The notes: a model not told the origin generated them from the sequence alone. Counted from the first letter of the stretch, positions 11,181 through 22,487 are shown. The stretch: DNA of 64,000 nucleotides from Candidatus Poribacteria bacterium (GCA_965197475.1 CBDANF010000003.1:3136001-3200000); one strand, 5' to 3'. Numbers and translations are program-made.

Positions 11181-12194
11181 ATGAAAAAGAAGATTCTGTT
11201 TATATGCGGTTCAATGAACATCACAACGCAGATGCAACAAATCGCTCAAGAGTTACCTGAATACGAAAAGTATTTCACACCGTTTTATGCTGACGGACTT
11301 ATCAAATTTCTTAATAAACTTAAACTTGTTGAATTCACAATTATCGGAGATAAACGTGCTGGAGAATGCCGCCGTTACCTTGAAGAACACAAAATGCCTA
11401 TTGACTATGGGGGCACGCAACACGATTATGATTTGGTTGTCACATGTAGTGATCTCGTCGTACAGAAAAATATACAAGACAAAAAACGCATTGTCGTCCA
11501 AGAGGGAATCACAGACCCAGAGAGATTTTCTTATCATCTCGTAAAAACCTTCAAATTTCTGCCAAAATGGTTTGCTGGGACTTCAGCGAACGGCATAAGC
11601 AACAATTTCGACTACTACTGCGTTGCTGGTGAAGGTTATCGTGACTTGTTTATCCAAAAAGGGGTTAAGCCGGAGAAAATTCGTGTGACAGGTATTCCGA
11701 ATTTCGATAATTGCCAGAAGTACTATGATAACGACTTCCCACATAAAGGGTATGTTCTGGTTTGCACCTCTGATCTGCGCGAGAAATTCCGTTATGAGAA
11801 TCGGAAAAAGTTCATCAAGAAAGCCCTTGAAATTGCACAGGGACGGCAGCTGATTTTCAAACTTCATCCCAACGAAAAATTTGAACGGCGCACAGCCGAA
11901 ATTAAGAGGTTGGCACCCGATGCCCTCGTCTATACCTCAGGGAGTGCTGAAGAAATGATTGCTAATTCTGACGCACTGATCACCAGTTATTCATCAACGA
12001 TATACGTAGGATTAGCTCTTGGCAAAGAGGTCTATTCTGTTCTGGACATGGATGAACTTCAACAATTGACACCTGTGCAGAACGGTTGTGCTGCACAGCA
12101 TATTGCCGATGTTTGTCGCGAGTTAATCGGAGATGAACACAGCTTAAATGAAGCCGTTTCTTCCACTAAAAAACAGGTTCCGGCACATGCTTAA
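11181..12194 (+). CDS. GT-B fold protein (UDP-GlcNAc 2-epimerase / capsule glycosyltransferase-like)
   Basis: 'EKIRVTGIPNFD', 'FKLHPNE', 'SDALITSYSST..GLALGK'. Confidence 0.55.
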   Translation: MKKKILFICGSMNITTQMQQIAQELPEYEKYFTPFYADGLIKFLNKLKLVEFTIIGDKRAGECRRYLEEHKMPIDYGGTQHDYDLVVTCSDLVVQKNIQDKKRIVVQEGITDPERFSYHLVKTFKFLPKWFAGTSANGISNNFDYYCVAGEGYRDLFIQKGVKPEKIRVTGIPNFDNCQKYYDNDFPHKGYVLVCTSDLREKFRYENRKKFIKKALEIAQGRQLIFKLHPNEKFERRTAEIKRLAPDALVYTSGSAEEMIANSDALITSYSSTIYVGLALGKEVYSVLDMDELQQLTPVQNGCAAQHIADVCRELIGDEHSLNEAVSSTKKQVPAHA

Positions 12195-12400
12195 ACCTTC
12201 TTTTTAGTTCTTCAAAGCGCACCAATTTCCTTGGTAAGCGCGCTAATTTTCCTCATAACTTAATTTTCTTCTTTTAAAGACGTACCAATTCTTCCTTATA
12301 GGTGCAATCATCATTCGTGTAGATGTGCACTGCAAACGCGCGCTTCTCATAACCGAATTATAGACTTTACAATAAATAAGTTTTCAAATTATGACGGTCA

Positions 12401-12430
12401 TGCAACCTTACAACCTCAAAATCGCGTCAC
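12401..12430 (+). promoter_or_regulatory. Putative ECF-type autoregulatory promoter
   Basis: TGCAACC-N17-CGTC directly upstream of the ECF sigma gene. Confidence 0.4.
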
Positions 12431-12466
12431 TATTAATTGTAGGTATATGTTCTTACGAGGTCTCTA

Positions 12467-15076
12467 ATGGAAAAAGACGACGTTGAATTGATTGACAGCA
12501 TTTTGTCTGGCGACGAAGCTGCTTTCAGTAGTTTAGTCCGAAAATACCAAAAGGGCATTCATGCCCTGGCATGGCGCAAAATCGGTGATTTCCATATCGC
12601 TGAAGAAATTACGCAAGATACCTTCCTACACGTATACAAAAAATTGCCAACCTTAAAAGATCCAAATCAATTTGCTGGATGGTTGTATGTGATTGCTGAT
12701 AGACAATGCATTGCATGGCTGCGGAAGAAAAGATTGGTGATGCAATCTCTGGAAGTTATCGGTGAAGAGATACTGGAAAAAACTGCTTATGCCTCTTATG
12801 TAGCAGAACAACGTGAAGAAGCATCCGCAGTGCGTCGCCGTGAAATCGTTGATAGCCTTCTGGAAAAGCTGCCAAATGCCGAACGCACAACGATGATCCT
12901 CCACTATCTTGGAGAAATGTCCTGTAAAGCAATTAGCCAGTATTTAGGTGTATCTCTGAACACGGTAAAGAGCCGACTCAACCGAGCGCGAAATCGCTTA
13001 AAACTGGAAGAACCCATACTTCAAGATACTCCTGATCAAAGACAAGGAGATAATTTTATGGAAAACCAAAAACCCACAATTCCTGTGCTAGCAGGTTCAC
13101 TTGAAGGTGATGTAACAACTTGGGCACTCCCCGAAGGCGCGATTGCCCGATTAGGGCGCGGAAGTGAACCTGAAATGGCGTTCTCACCTAATGAGCAGTC
13201 CCTTGTCATTGGCACGTGCACAGGACTCTGGTTATATGACCTCGCAACACTAACCCCTGTCGCACTTTGGGAGACGGAACAAAAGTATGTCGAATCTGTA
13301 GTTTTTTCGCCTAACGGAAAATGGATAGCCGCCAGTTTTTCAGGTAGACTTGTTAAGATTTTGGATGTCCAGAATGGTACGTGCTTGACACAAGTCAAAT
13401 TTGAGACTTCCGCAGAAAGCGTGACCTTTTCCCACGACAATAGGTATATCGCAGTTAATTCTTCTGTCTATGATAGCACCCCTGTTGTTGAAGTCTGGCA
13501 TGCGGAAACCGGCAAGCCGTTTGCAAAATTCACTGCAGACGATGAAAGAGTAGGACATTACCAACCTATTAGTTTCTCACCTGATACTCGACTGATTGCG
13601 TCTACGTGTATGTCCGCTAATTCTGATGAAGCAGGCTCAATAGTAGTATGGGATATGAAAAGCGGCGAACAAATTGCGTGTCTCTCAGCACATACACGTT
13701 GGGTAACTACTCTTTGCTTTTCACCGTGTGGGCAGTTCCTTGCCTCTGGAGGTAAAGATAGCACAGTGTACGTATGGGATGTTAATACTTGGCAACAAGT
13801 GAAATGTTATACCGATTATGGTCACGTGTATAGTATTATCCCCTCCTATTCACCAGATGGAATTCTACGTGCAGCGATTGTGAATTATGACGAGACCGGT
13901 CCCGCTACTATCTCTTTACGTGACCTTGAAAGTAATGAGCAACTTTATAATGATCAAGTTTGGGGTAATACGATAAGATTTGCCTCCATCGGTAATTGGG
14001 GAAACAATGTCCTGTTTTCTAACGGTTCACAACTTGCTTACGAATGTCGACACGAATTTATCAACGTATGGACTTTTGATAATCCTGTCAAACGTCAATT
14101 CACGCATTCGCCTATCTCGTGGCCGAGAACGATTGTATTCTCCCAGGATGGTAAAACATTAGCTGCTGAACACTTTCAAGAAGGTGTTGTATTATGGGAT
14201 ATTGAAAGTAAACGTTCGCGTCCAGCAGTTAAAGTGGAATCTGCCGGAAAAAATCAGTTTGTATATAAAACCGTTAGTGGTAAACTCCATGTCGCAAGTA
14301 TCAAAAATGACACTGTTACACTATGGGAAGCTGATGGCAATGGAATACCACTTATTGAAGGAACTGGACGTGAATACTGGAGCGCATCTCCGGCATTAGC
14401 ACTGACAGGAACGCTATTCGCTTATGCTGGCGAGGATGGCACCGTACAAGTGTGGGATGTGCTGAATGGAGAGAAACTTCATGAATTCACTCATCCTCTT
14501 GAGCCATCTGATGACGACGATGATGAGGATGATGGCGATTTTGTTGATGAGTTGAAATTCAGTCAGGATGGAAAATTACTTGTAAGTGAATCAAAATCTC
14601 ATAATGTCAGACTGTGGGACATGGAACTTGGTGAAGAGATAAAACCGTTGCCAGGTGATGAAATCAAGGGAGTCCGATTTTGCAGGTGTGGACGGTACCA
14701 TGCTTACTTGGGAAAAGAAGGGAAGCGATATTGGGATATCACCCAACGGGAATACTGTGAAGATGTAACCTGCTTGTGTAACCCGACATGGGTTGAAATA
14801 GAAAAAAGGTTGTCAATACCACCAGAATTCGAACAATTTGAGGGTCCATCAGCACATTCTTCGTGTGGGAAGTACATAGCACTTCAAACATCGCACAAAG
14901 ATTTAGAGAGGTATCCTATTGATCTATGGGAAGTCGCGAGTGGTAAACATCTTGTCACCTTTCAGGGTCCCTCAGATGAGTTGGAAGAAATCGCCTTCTC
15001 TCCAGACAACAAACTTTTAGCCAGTTCGAGCTATGATGGTATTATCCTACTTTGGGATCTGAAAACTTATCTGTAA
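12467..15076 (+). CDS. ECF sigma-70 factor fused to a WD40 beta-propeller
   Basis: Region 2 'AEEITQDTF...FAGWLYVIA' and region 4 'LGVSLNTVKSRLNRAR', then many WD repeats ('FSPCGQFLASGGKDSTVYVWD'). Confidence 0.9.
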   Translation: MEKDDVELIDSILSGDEAAFSSLVRKYQKGIHALAWRKIGDFHIAEEITQDTFLHVYKKLPTLKDPNQFAGWLYVIADRQCIAWLRKKRLVMQSLEVIGEEILEKTAYASYVAEQREEASAVRRREIVDSLLEKLPNAERTTMILHYLGEMSCKAISQYLGVSLNTVKSRLNRARNRLKLEEPILQDTPDQRQGDNFMENQKPTIPVLAGSLEGDVTTWALPEGAIARLGRGSEPEMAFSPNEQSLVIGTCTGLWLYDLATLTPVALWETEQKYVESVVFSPNGKWIAASFSGRLVKILDVQNGTCLTQVKFETSAESVTFSHDNRYIAVNSSVYDSTPVVEVWHAETGKPFAKFTADDERVGHYQPISFSPDTRLIASTCMSANSDEAGSIVVWDMKSGEQIACLSAHTRWVTTLCFSPCGQFLASGGKDSTVYVWDVNTWQQVKCYTDYGHVYSIIPSYSPDGILRAAIVNYDETGPATISLRDLESNEQLYNDQVWGNTIRFASIGNWGNNVLFSNGSQLAYECRHEFINVWTFDNPVKRQFTHSPISWPRTIVFSQDGKTLAAEHFQEGVVLWDIESKRSRPAVKVESAGKNQFVYKTVSGKLHVASIKNDTVTLWEADGNGIPLIEGTGREYWSASPALALTGTLFAYAGEDGTVQVWDVLNGEKLHEFTHPLEPSDDDDDEDDGDFVDELKFSQDGKLLVSESKSHNVRLWDMELGEEIKPLPGDEIKGVRFCRCGRYHAYLGKEGKRYWDITQREYCEDVTCLCNPTWVEIEKRLSIPPEFEQFEGPSAHSSCGKYIALQTSHKDLERYPIDLWEVASGKHLVTFQGPSDELEEIAFSPDNKLLASSSYDGIILLWDLKTYL

Positions 15077-15093
15077 ATATAGGAGACCTGTCG

Positions 15094-17109
15094 ATGCATG
15101 ACAAAATAATAGAAATTTCCAGGCCAATAGGTGCTGACGCAAATGATGTAACAACTTGGGCACTCCCCGAAGGTGCTATCGCAAGATTAGGGCGCGGAAG
15201 TGAACCTAAAATGACATTCTCAGCTAATGGGCAGTATCTTGCCATTGGAACCTTATTAGGACTCTGGTTATATGACCTCGCAACGCTCTCCCCTATTGCA
15301 CTTTGGAATGTAGAACGAGGGATGGTCGAATCTGTCGCCTTTTCACCTAACGGAAAATGGATTGCCGCCAGTCATTCAGGTCGAATGCTTAAGATTTGGA
15401 ATGTCCAGAATGGTACGTTCTGGACACAGGTCAAATTAGAGAATTTCATATATAGAATGACCTTTTCCCACGATAACCAGTATCTCGCCGTGGCTTATGA
15501 TCGTTCGTCAGTTATTGAAGTATGGCATACGGAAACCGGTAAACCGTTTGCAAGATTGACTGCAGACATTGAAGAAGGTGGCATCTACCGACCTATTTGT
15601 TTCTCACCTGATACTCAACTGATAGCGTCTACGTGTAGATCCGCTACCACTGACAGAGCGGAGTCAATAACAGTGTGGAGTATGGAAAGCGGCGAACAAA
15701 TTGCGTGCCTCTCAGCACACACCTATTGGGTAACGTCTCTCTGCTTTTCACCTTGCGGGAAGTTCCTCGCCTCCGGTGGTGAAGATGGCACAGTGTACGT
15801 CTGGGATGTGGATACTTGGCAACAAGTGCAGTGTTATACCGATTTTGGTCGTGTGTATCGCATTATGCCTTCTTGGACACCAGATGGCATTCTACGCGCA
15901 GCGATTGTCCATTATGAGGATACCGGTCCCGCCACTATCTCTGTCCGTGACCTTGAAAGTGATGAGAAACTTTACACCGATCAAGTATGGGGTAATACAG
16001 CAACAGAATTTTTCTCTATCTTTGAATGGGGCAATAATGTCGTATTTTCAAACGGTTCACAACTTGCTTACGAATGCCGACATGAATTTATCAACGTATG
16101 GACTTCTGACAATCCTGTCAAACGTCAATTTACACATTCTCCTATCTCATTTCCTAAATCAATGGTATTCTCACAGGATGGAAAAACTTTGGCTGTGAAA
16201 CACCACCAGGAAGGTGTTGTATTATGGGATATTGCCAGTAAACGTTCACGTCCCGCAGTTCAAGTGGAATCTGCTGGAAAAAATCAGTTTGTATATAAAA
16301 CTGATGGCGGTAAACTTCTTGTCGCGAGTATCATAGATGATAACGTTACGCTTTGGGAGGCTGATGGTGACGGGACTCCACTTATTGAAGCAACTGGACG
16401 AGAATACTGGAGTGCTTTTCCTGCATTAGCACCGAATGGCACGCTTTTCGCTTATGCCGATGCAGATGGTAACCTAAAAGTATGGGATGTACAAAGTGGG
16501 AAGAAACTCTATGAATTGATACATCCCCTTGAGCCAGGCAATGACAACGATGACGAAGATGATGGTGATTTTGTTGATGAGTTGAAATTCAGTCATGATG
16601 GAAAATTACTCGCAAGTGAATCAAGGTCTAATAATGTCAGACTATGGGACATGGAACTTGGTGAAGAGTTTGATCCGTTTCCAAGTGATAATGTCACGGG
16701 AATCATCGAATTTTCACCGTGTGGACAGTACCTTTCTTGCTGTGGAAAAGAAGATTTGCTAATTTGGGACATCACCCACCGTAGACCCTGTGAGGATGAA
16801 ACAAACTTGTATACACTAACCCGGTTTCATATTGAAGCGAGGTTGTCACTACCTCCAGAAATCGAATATGTTGAAGATCCTGTATTTTCTTCGTGCGGGA
16901 AGTACTTGGCTAACAATGGATCGTGGGATCAGGATTTAAATATCTTTCCAATCTGTTTGTTTGAAGTCAAGAATGGTAAACATCTTGTCACCTTTAGGGG
17001 ACACACCACAGAAATGCAGATACTCGCCTTCTCTCCAGACAACAAACTTTTAGCCAGTGCGAGTCATGATGGCACTGTCCAGCTTTGGGATTTGACACCG
17101 TATCTGTGA
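15094..17109 (+). CDS. WD40 repeat protein, tandem paralog of the WD40 part of 12467-15076
   Basis: AGGAG RBS before ATG 15094; long near-identical blocks with the upstream gene ('NGSQLAYECRHEFINVWT', 'DDGDFVDELKFS'). Confidence 0.9.
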   Translation: MHDKIIEISRPIGADANDVTTWALPEGAIARLGRGSEPKMTFSANGQYLAIGTLLGLWLYDLATLSPIALWNVERGMVESVAFSPNGKWIAASHSGRMLKIWNVQNGTFWTQVKLENFIYRMTFSHDNQYLAVAYDRSSVIEVWHTETGKPFARLTADIEEGGIYRPICFSPDTQLIASTCRSATTDRAESITVWSMESGEQIACLSAHTYWVTSLCFSPCGKFLASGGEDGTVYVWDVDTWQQVQCYTDFGRVYRIMPSWTPDGILRAAIVHYEDTGPATISVRDLESDEKLYTDQVWGNTATEFFSIFEWGNNVVFSNGSQLAYECRHEFINVWTSDNPVKRQFTHSPISFPKSMVFSQDGKTLAVKHHQEGVVLWDIASKRSRPAVQVESAGKNQFVYKTDGGKLLVASIIDDNVTLWEADGDGTPLIEATGREYWSAFPALAPNGTLFAYADADGNLKVWDVQSGKKLYELIHPLEPGNDNDDEDDGDFVDELKFSHDGKLLASESRSNNVRLWDMELGEEFDPFPSDNVTGIIEFSPCGQYLSCCGKEDLLIWDITHRRPCEDETNLYTLTRFHIEARLSLPPEIEYVEDPVFSSCGKYLANNGSWDQDLNIFPICLFEVKNGKHLVTFRGHTTEMQILAFSPDNKLLASASHDGTVQLWDLTPYL

Positions 17110-17189
17110 TTCAAAAATCCATAGATAATTTTAAACCTTTTTTCCATAAACCCTCCTCTCTATATTAAAACTTGCTCTGGAATTTGTTT

Positions 17190-18797
17190 ATGCACAACGA
17201 TTTGCTTGCTTTCAGTAATCTAACAGATCAAGAATTGATTCAACTCGTACAAAACAGGAACGAAGCAGCTTTTGCAGAACTGATTTCCCGTTGGACACCA
17301 CGGATTAGGGGTGTCATTGTTGCTAATTCGAGACAACTTAGAGACGCTGAAGAAATTCACACTGACATCTGGATAGCGGTATGGCAAAATATTGGCGGAC
17401 TCCAGAAAATCGAAAGTTTTGGTGCATGGTTGCACCGTATTGCCTACAACGCCTGCAAGCGATACTACACTTTGGCGAGACAATCACGAAATGAAATACC
17501 GCATCAACGCTCCGTGATAATTGAACACATTGACCAATATGCTGCAGCGCGATATAGAGAAGCACAATTAATTGCTGATGTAAAAGAAGCTATCCATAAC
17601 CTACCACAAAAGGTACGCTCTGTAGCAGAATTGTTTTATTTAGAATCATGGAGTATCAAAGAAATTGCAGAGGAGTTCAATCTCGCTGTTGGTACAGTAA
17701 AAACAAAATTAAGAGAGATACGAACGCTCCTGCGTGAAGAATTTGATGCAGAACCAATAAGAGGAGGAGTTATGTCTTCAAAAAATGTTGAATCACACAG
17801 TCCAATTCAGATTGACACAGATAAAGCGGAACCAATCCGAATACCCGCACAGCTGAATGTTGTTGCCAACGACCCAACCGGGAATACTTGGGCACTACCG
17901 AAGGGAGCAATTGTGAGGTTTGGTAAAGGGAACACGAGAGGTCTCAGACTTTCGCCTAATGGAAAGTTTATTGCTGTCCCGACTGAGTTAGGGTTATGGT
18001 GGTATGATGTCTTGACTACATTACCTGTTTCGTTATGGGAACCGGGTGAAGGACACGTCTTTTCCTTCGATTTTTCACCGGATGGGAAATGGATCATCAT
18101 ATATACAGGGTTCAGCACCATCAAGGTTATGGATATCCAAAGCGGTGAGTGTGTCATGCAGATAGACGATCAAGATGCCTATGTAGCTCTCAAATGTTCG
18201 TCAAATGGAAAATGGATTGCTACAGCAAGCATGGAGGGCATTGTTAAAGTGTTGGATGTCCAAACTGGTGAATGCATCGCACAAATGGATCGTGGAGAAC
18301 ACAAATGGAAGTCAAACGATATTTGGCAACTCCAATTTTCCCCAAATGGTGAACTTCTTGCCGCGGTCGCTGGGAATCCCAAACGTTATTCAAACGACGA
18401 CGAACTTTTGAATCCAGACACAGAAGAAACACAAACTTACGTGTGGAATCCCGAAACAGGTAAACCAATTATCAAATTTGCGGGCCAGGATTTCGTCTTT
18501 TCATCAGATAGTCGTTTATTGGCGGGAGCATGTGCTGACGAAACCTTGAACGACGACGAAGGTATTGACCGTTGTGTCTCAGTATGGGATGTGACATCAC
18601 GCGAACAGATTGCACTTTTTACTGGACACGACGATTGGGTAGACGATATCGCTATTTCACCGTGTGGACAATTCGTTGCATCCGATGATGGGGTACTACG
18701 TGTGTGGGAGATAGCAACAGGTTCACAAAAGAATGTTTATCCAGACTTTGGCGATCCGTATTCCTTATTTTACACAAAAGAAGGTAGACTATTTGCT
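17190..18797 (+). pseudogene. Second ECF sigma-WD40 fusion, 3'-truncated by an IS
   Basis: 'SFGAWLHRIAYNAC', 'GTVKTKL', WD repeats; the reading frame runs into the IS terminus at 18798. Confidence 0.85.
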
Positions 18798-20153
18798 CTG
18801 ATATTTATCAAAATTCTTCATATGTCAATGTTTATCAATGTTTTCTTGGTATTTGTTCATGAAAATGCTCGCTGAGATCAGACAGCATCTGCCTCTGTCC
18901 TGAAAGTTCAAGTTGTCCTTGATGAAAGGTTTTTCGCACGGAGCGACTGACCTGCTGTATCAAAAGGTAGCTCATCACTTTCACACCTAAGTTCGCATAC
19001 GCGCCATTCCGTCCTTTTAGGCTCATGGATGCGAGGTTTAGGTCTGTTTTTAGATACCGCCAATACTGTTCTATACCGTGGTGTTGAGACCATATCCGCA
19101 GGATTTCACAAGCACGGAGTGGTTTCCCGAATACGAGCATTGTTCGGACTTTGCCACGGTCTGCCAAGAACAACACCACTACTTTTCCAAAAGTTGGACT
19201 TGTGGCTTTAGTCCGATAGACCGGTTTATCGCACCCCCATTGATTGGAGAGGAGTTTGATCGACTTTTTATGCTCCGAGAGTTTCACCTTTTTTTCATCA
19301 ATCGTCATCACATAGTTGCTTTTTCCGTGCACAAGGATCGTTTCAAATCCCATTTCTCGCAAGGTGTCAATCAAGTGGTGGCTGCCATACCACGCATCGA
19401 AGGTGATCGGATAGTTTCGGATATCTATTCCGGTCTCTTCAAAGAAGGACACCACTTCCTTGAACATAGTGATGACACAAGAGGGTTTATCCGTGTTCCC
19501 GCGGCCTTGTTTGCTGACCAGTCGCATATTCAGCGGAATGATCTGATTTCCAATCTTTAGGACGATCCCCAATATATTTTGCCCCTTCATCGGCTGTTTT
19601 GCTTGAGAAGACCACCAATTGGATGTGTAGGCGAGACCCTCTCCATAGCGGAAAACAAAGGTATCATCCACACTGATGACGATACGTAGACGCGATAGAG
19701 AAGCAGCACTTTTTGATACTGCCTCCTGTAGCACCTCTAACGCAATAGAACACCCGATACGCACAAAAAGATGCTGCCAGAGATAAAGACTCATCGTGTT
19801 CAGTTCCCGATATAGCCTCGTTTTCGGAATAGACAACGCATCCGCCACTTGATTCGGGTTAGTGAGCCCAAACAGATGACAGGTTGACAAAAACACTAAG
19901 GTATTAACAAAATGCTCTTTCAAGGTCCGAAACTGTGAAGATAGAAGTTCTTGAAAAAAAGTGGTAGATTTGATAAGCTGAGTTAGCATGAGATATCCTC
20001 CTAATGTTTGTTTATATTCAAATCTGTAATTAGGATGCTATCTCATGCTATAAAAGTCAAGGAAAATGGACACAGCAAAAACGCATTTTCATGGTGCTAT
20101 ACCTTGTTTCTATTGATTATTATTAGGTTCAAGACCATTCTGAGAAATATCAG
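18798..20153 (-). mobile_element. IS701/IS4-like element, complete copy (transposase 18835-19989)
   Basis: TIRs CTGATATTTATCAAAAT / ATTCTGAGAAATATCAG (15/17); 384-aa DDE transposase; no target-site duplication. Confidence 0.9.
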
Positions 20154-20365
20154 AAGGCTTAAAATATCTCAAAGCCGAATGTCTATACATGATAAAACAC
20201 GGAGGCGTAAAACACATTCCTTACGCTATGCTTTACGAGTTTATGAGATTCTTCGGCTATTTTTTAGGTGCCAACCATCAGTACATGCCGCGTTGGCTAA
20301 AAGTAATGCTCTGTAATCAGAAAAATCATTGGAAAAAATACAATGATTTTGTTGTAGAGCGGTGA
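20154..20365 (+). pseudogene. C-terminal remnant of a GT2 rhamnosyltransferase-like gene
   Basis: Translates as (E)GLKYLKAECLYMIKHGGVKHIPYAMLYEFMRFFGYFLGANHQYMPRWLKVMLCNQKNHW, resembling RfbN-type C-termini; starts at the IS end. Confidence 0.55.
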
Positions 20366-20390
20366 TGTGTGAATATATATCTATCAGGAG

Positions 20391-21769
20391 ATGACAGTGC
20401 GTGATAAAGTCTGGGACAGATGTGTAATTACCGCTACAAATGAGTCTCAAGCGGTTGTCTACCGACTCCAACTACAACACTTGAAAAAAAAGGGGGTACT
20501 CCATCCGGAGACGGAATACCTTGTTATTCCAGACCCCGGTGGGGTAAGAATAGGCAGTGGGGGGCAACATTCCACGTTCTCAGACAGTTGCAAAGCAACG
20601 GTCAAGAAACGGACAGGGTAGATTCCCGCCTTCTTATACTCCACTCGGGCGGAGACAGTCGACGGATTCCCCATCAAAGTCTTTTTGGAAAAGTGTTTGC
20701 CCCGCTTCCACCACCAATGGATTCCATCTTTGAAGTAATGTATCATTTTCTCACGCCCATCGGTGCTCAGATTGATGCGGGAATAGTGGTAGCATGTGGG
20801 GACACATGGATCCAATTGAACACCTCTGGTGCAATGTCATCGTCTCCCGATTCAATTTCACTTTCCGAAGGATTCGACGTGACAGGAATCGCCTATTGGG
20901 GATCTATTGAACTCGGAAGCCGACACGGTGTCTATGACATTGCTAAAAACACGCAGGAAGTCCAGCATTGTCTACAAAAGCACCCTGCTGAAAAGTTGCG
21001 TGATGCAGGTGTTTGCGACCCCTCAGGGAGGGTTGCAATTGATACAGGCATTTTACTCTTTCGCCCCACTGCGATGATGCAACTACAATCGTTAGCCAAC
21101 TTATTCCCTGAAGATGTTTACGTCGATCTGCACGGAGATATACTCCCCGCGATGGCAAGCAAAACTGATCGTTACCGGTTTACGAGCAAACACCCATACC
21201 TTTGGACACTATTATGGGAAAAGTTGTCTATGCTTCGCTTTAGTGTCTGCAGTCCGCCATCGCTTGAGTTTGCGCACACAGGCACGACGCAGGAATACCT
21301 TGAATTGATTAAACACCCGATTAAGGCACACACGTCGATCTCGTGTCAAGTTCCATTGGACGAGGGATGGGTAAACTTGATTTACGGTGTGATGGATGTG
21401 CCGACTGTCTGTGGAGACGATGCCACGCTTTTCGGACAATCTATTCTCCAATGGCTACACCATCATGAGCTAACCCCCGAAGCAATTTGGAACGAAGAAA
21501 AGAGGGCAAACGCTTCCCAATGTTGTCTCTGGAATGCCCGTTTCTATCCCACCTATCATACTACCAACCCGAATGTCGCATTTTCGATTTCAATAGAAGA
21601 TTCAATCGAACAGCCCGACTGGTTCCGGAGGCCCAACGCAGAATGGCGAAACAGTGAACGACTCTCTATGGGAGAAATCATAGCACGTGCCGATAGGGTG
21701 AAAGTTTTCGTTCAACAGCAAAAAGTGGATTCATTTGGTTTCATACGCAATAAAAAATCGTCAAAATGA
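20391..21769 (+). CDS. L-fucose-1-phosphate guanylyltransferase-like protein (Fkp/FUK N-terminal domain), frameshifted in a G6 run at 20559-20564
   Basis: 'WDRCVITA', 'PDPGGVRIGSGG(AT)', 'LILHSGGDSRRIP...GKVFAPLP', 'SRHGVY', 'LQK', 'IDTG', 'HTGTTQEYL'; one extra G restores a single frame. Confidence 0.7.
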
Positions 21770-21782
21770 CAAAAAGGATATA

Positions 21783-22487
21783 ATGTCAATGGAAATAGAA
21801 GTTTCTGTCGTCATGCCATGTCTTAACGAGGAAGAAACCCTCGGCACCTGCATTAAGAAAGCACAATCTACACTGAAATCTTTAGGCATTCAAGGCGAAG
21901 TCGTTATTGCGGATAATGGATCGACTGATGACTCTGTTGCAATCACTGAACGTCTCGGAGCAAGGGTTGTCCATCAACCGGTTCGCGGATACGGTGCTGC
22001 CTACCTCGCGGGCTTTGCAGCAGCACAAGGGCAATACATTGTCATGGGAGACTCCGATGATACGTATGATTTCACAGATTTAGAACGGTTCATCACACCT
22101 CTTCAAAATGGATACGACCTTGTGATGGGCAATCGATTCAAGGGTGAAATCCTGCCAGGGGCAATGCCGTGGGCACGCCGCTACATCGGCAACCCTATTT
22201 TGTCTGGCATCTTGCGTGTCCTTTTTGGGACATACATATCAGATTCACACTGCGGGATGCGTTCATTCACGGTTGATGCCTATAAACGAATGGCACTGCA
22301 AACAACCGGCATGGAATTCGCCTCTGAAATGGTTATTAAAGCGGTAGAGACAGATTTAAAAATACTTGAAATCCCTATTACCTATCACCCACGTGCAGGC
22401 GAGTCAAAACTGAATGCTATCAGAGATGCATCACGACACCTACGTTTTATGTTAAAATACAAACTCTTCCAAAAGAGTAATGATTAA
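21783..22487 (+). CDS. GT2 glycosyltransferase (dolichol-P-mannose synthase-like)
   Basis: 'VSVVMPCLNEE', 'DNGSTD', 'GYGAA', 'GDSDDTY', 'GMEFASEMVIKA'. Confidence 0.9.
   Translation: MSMEIEVSVVMPCLNEEETLGTCIKKAQSTLKSLGIQGEVVIADNGSTDDSVAITERLGARVVHQPVRGYGAAYLAGFAAAQGQYIVMGDSDDTYDFTDLERFITPLQNGYDLVMGNRFKGEILPGAMPWARRYIGNPILSGILRVLFGTYISDSHCGMRSFTVDAYKRMALQTTGMEFASEMVIKAVETDLKILEIPITYHPRAGESKLNAIRDASRHLRFMLKYKLFQKSND

Noticed and set aside
12195-12360. Loosely repetitive intergenic stretch
   Set aside because: The minus-strand translation has stop codons and no assignable family; at most a decayed remnant.
13058-17109. Duplicated WD40 genes as a diversity-generating retroelement TR/VR pair
   Set aside because: There is no reverse transcriptase in the window, the similarity spans whole genes, and the differences do not appear adenine-specific.
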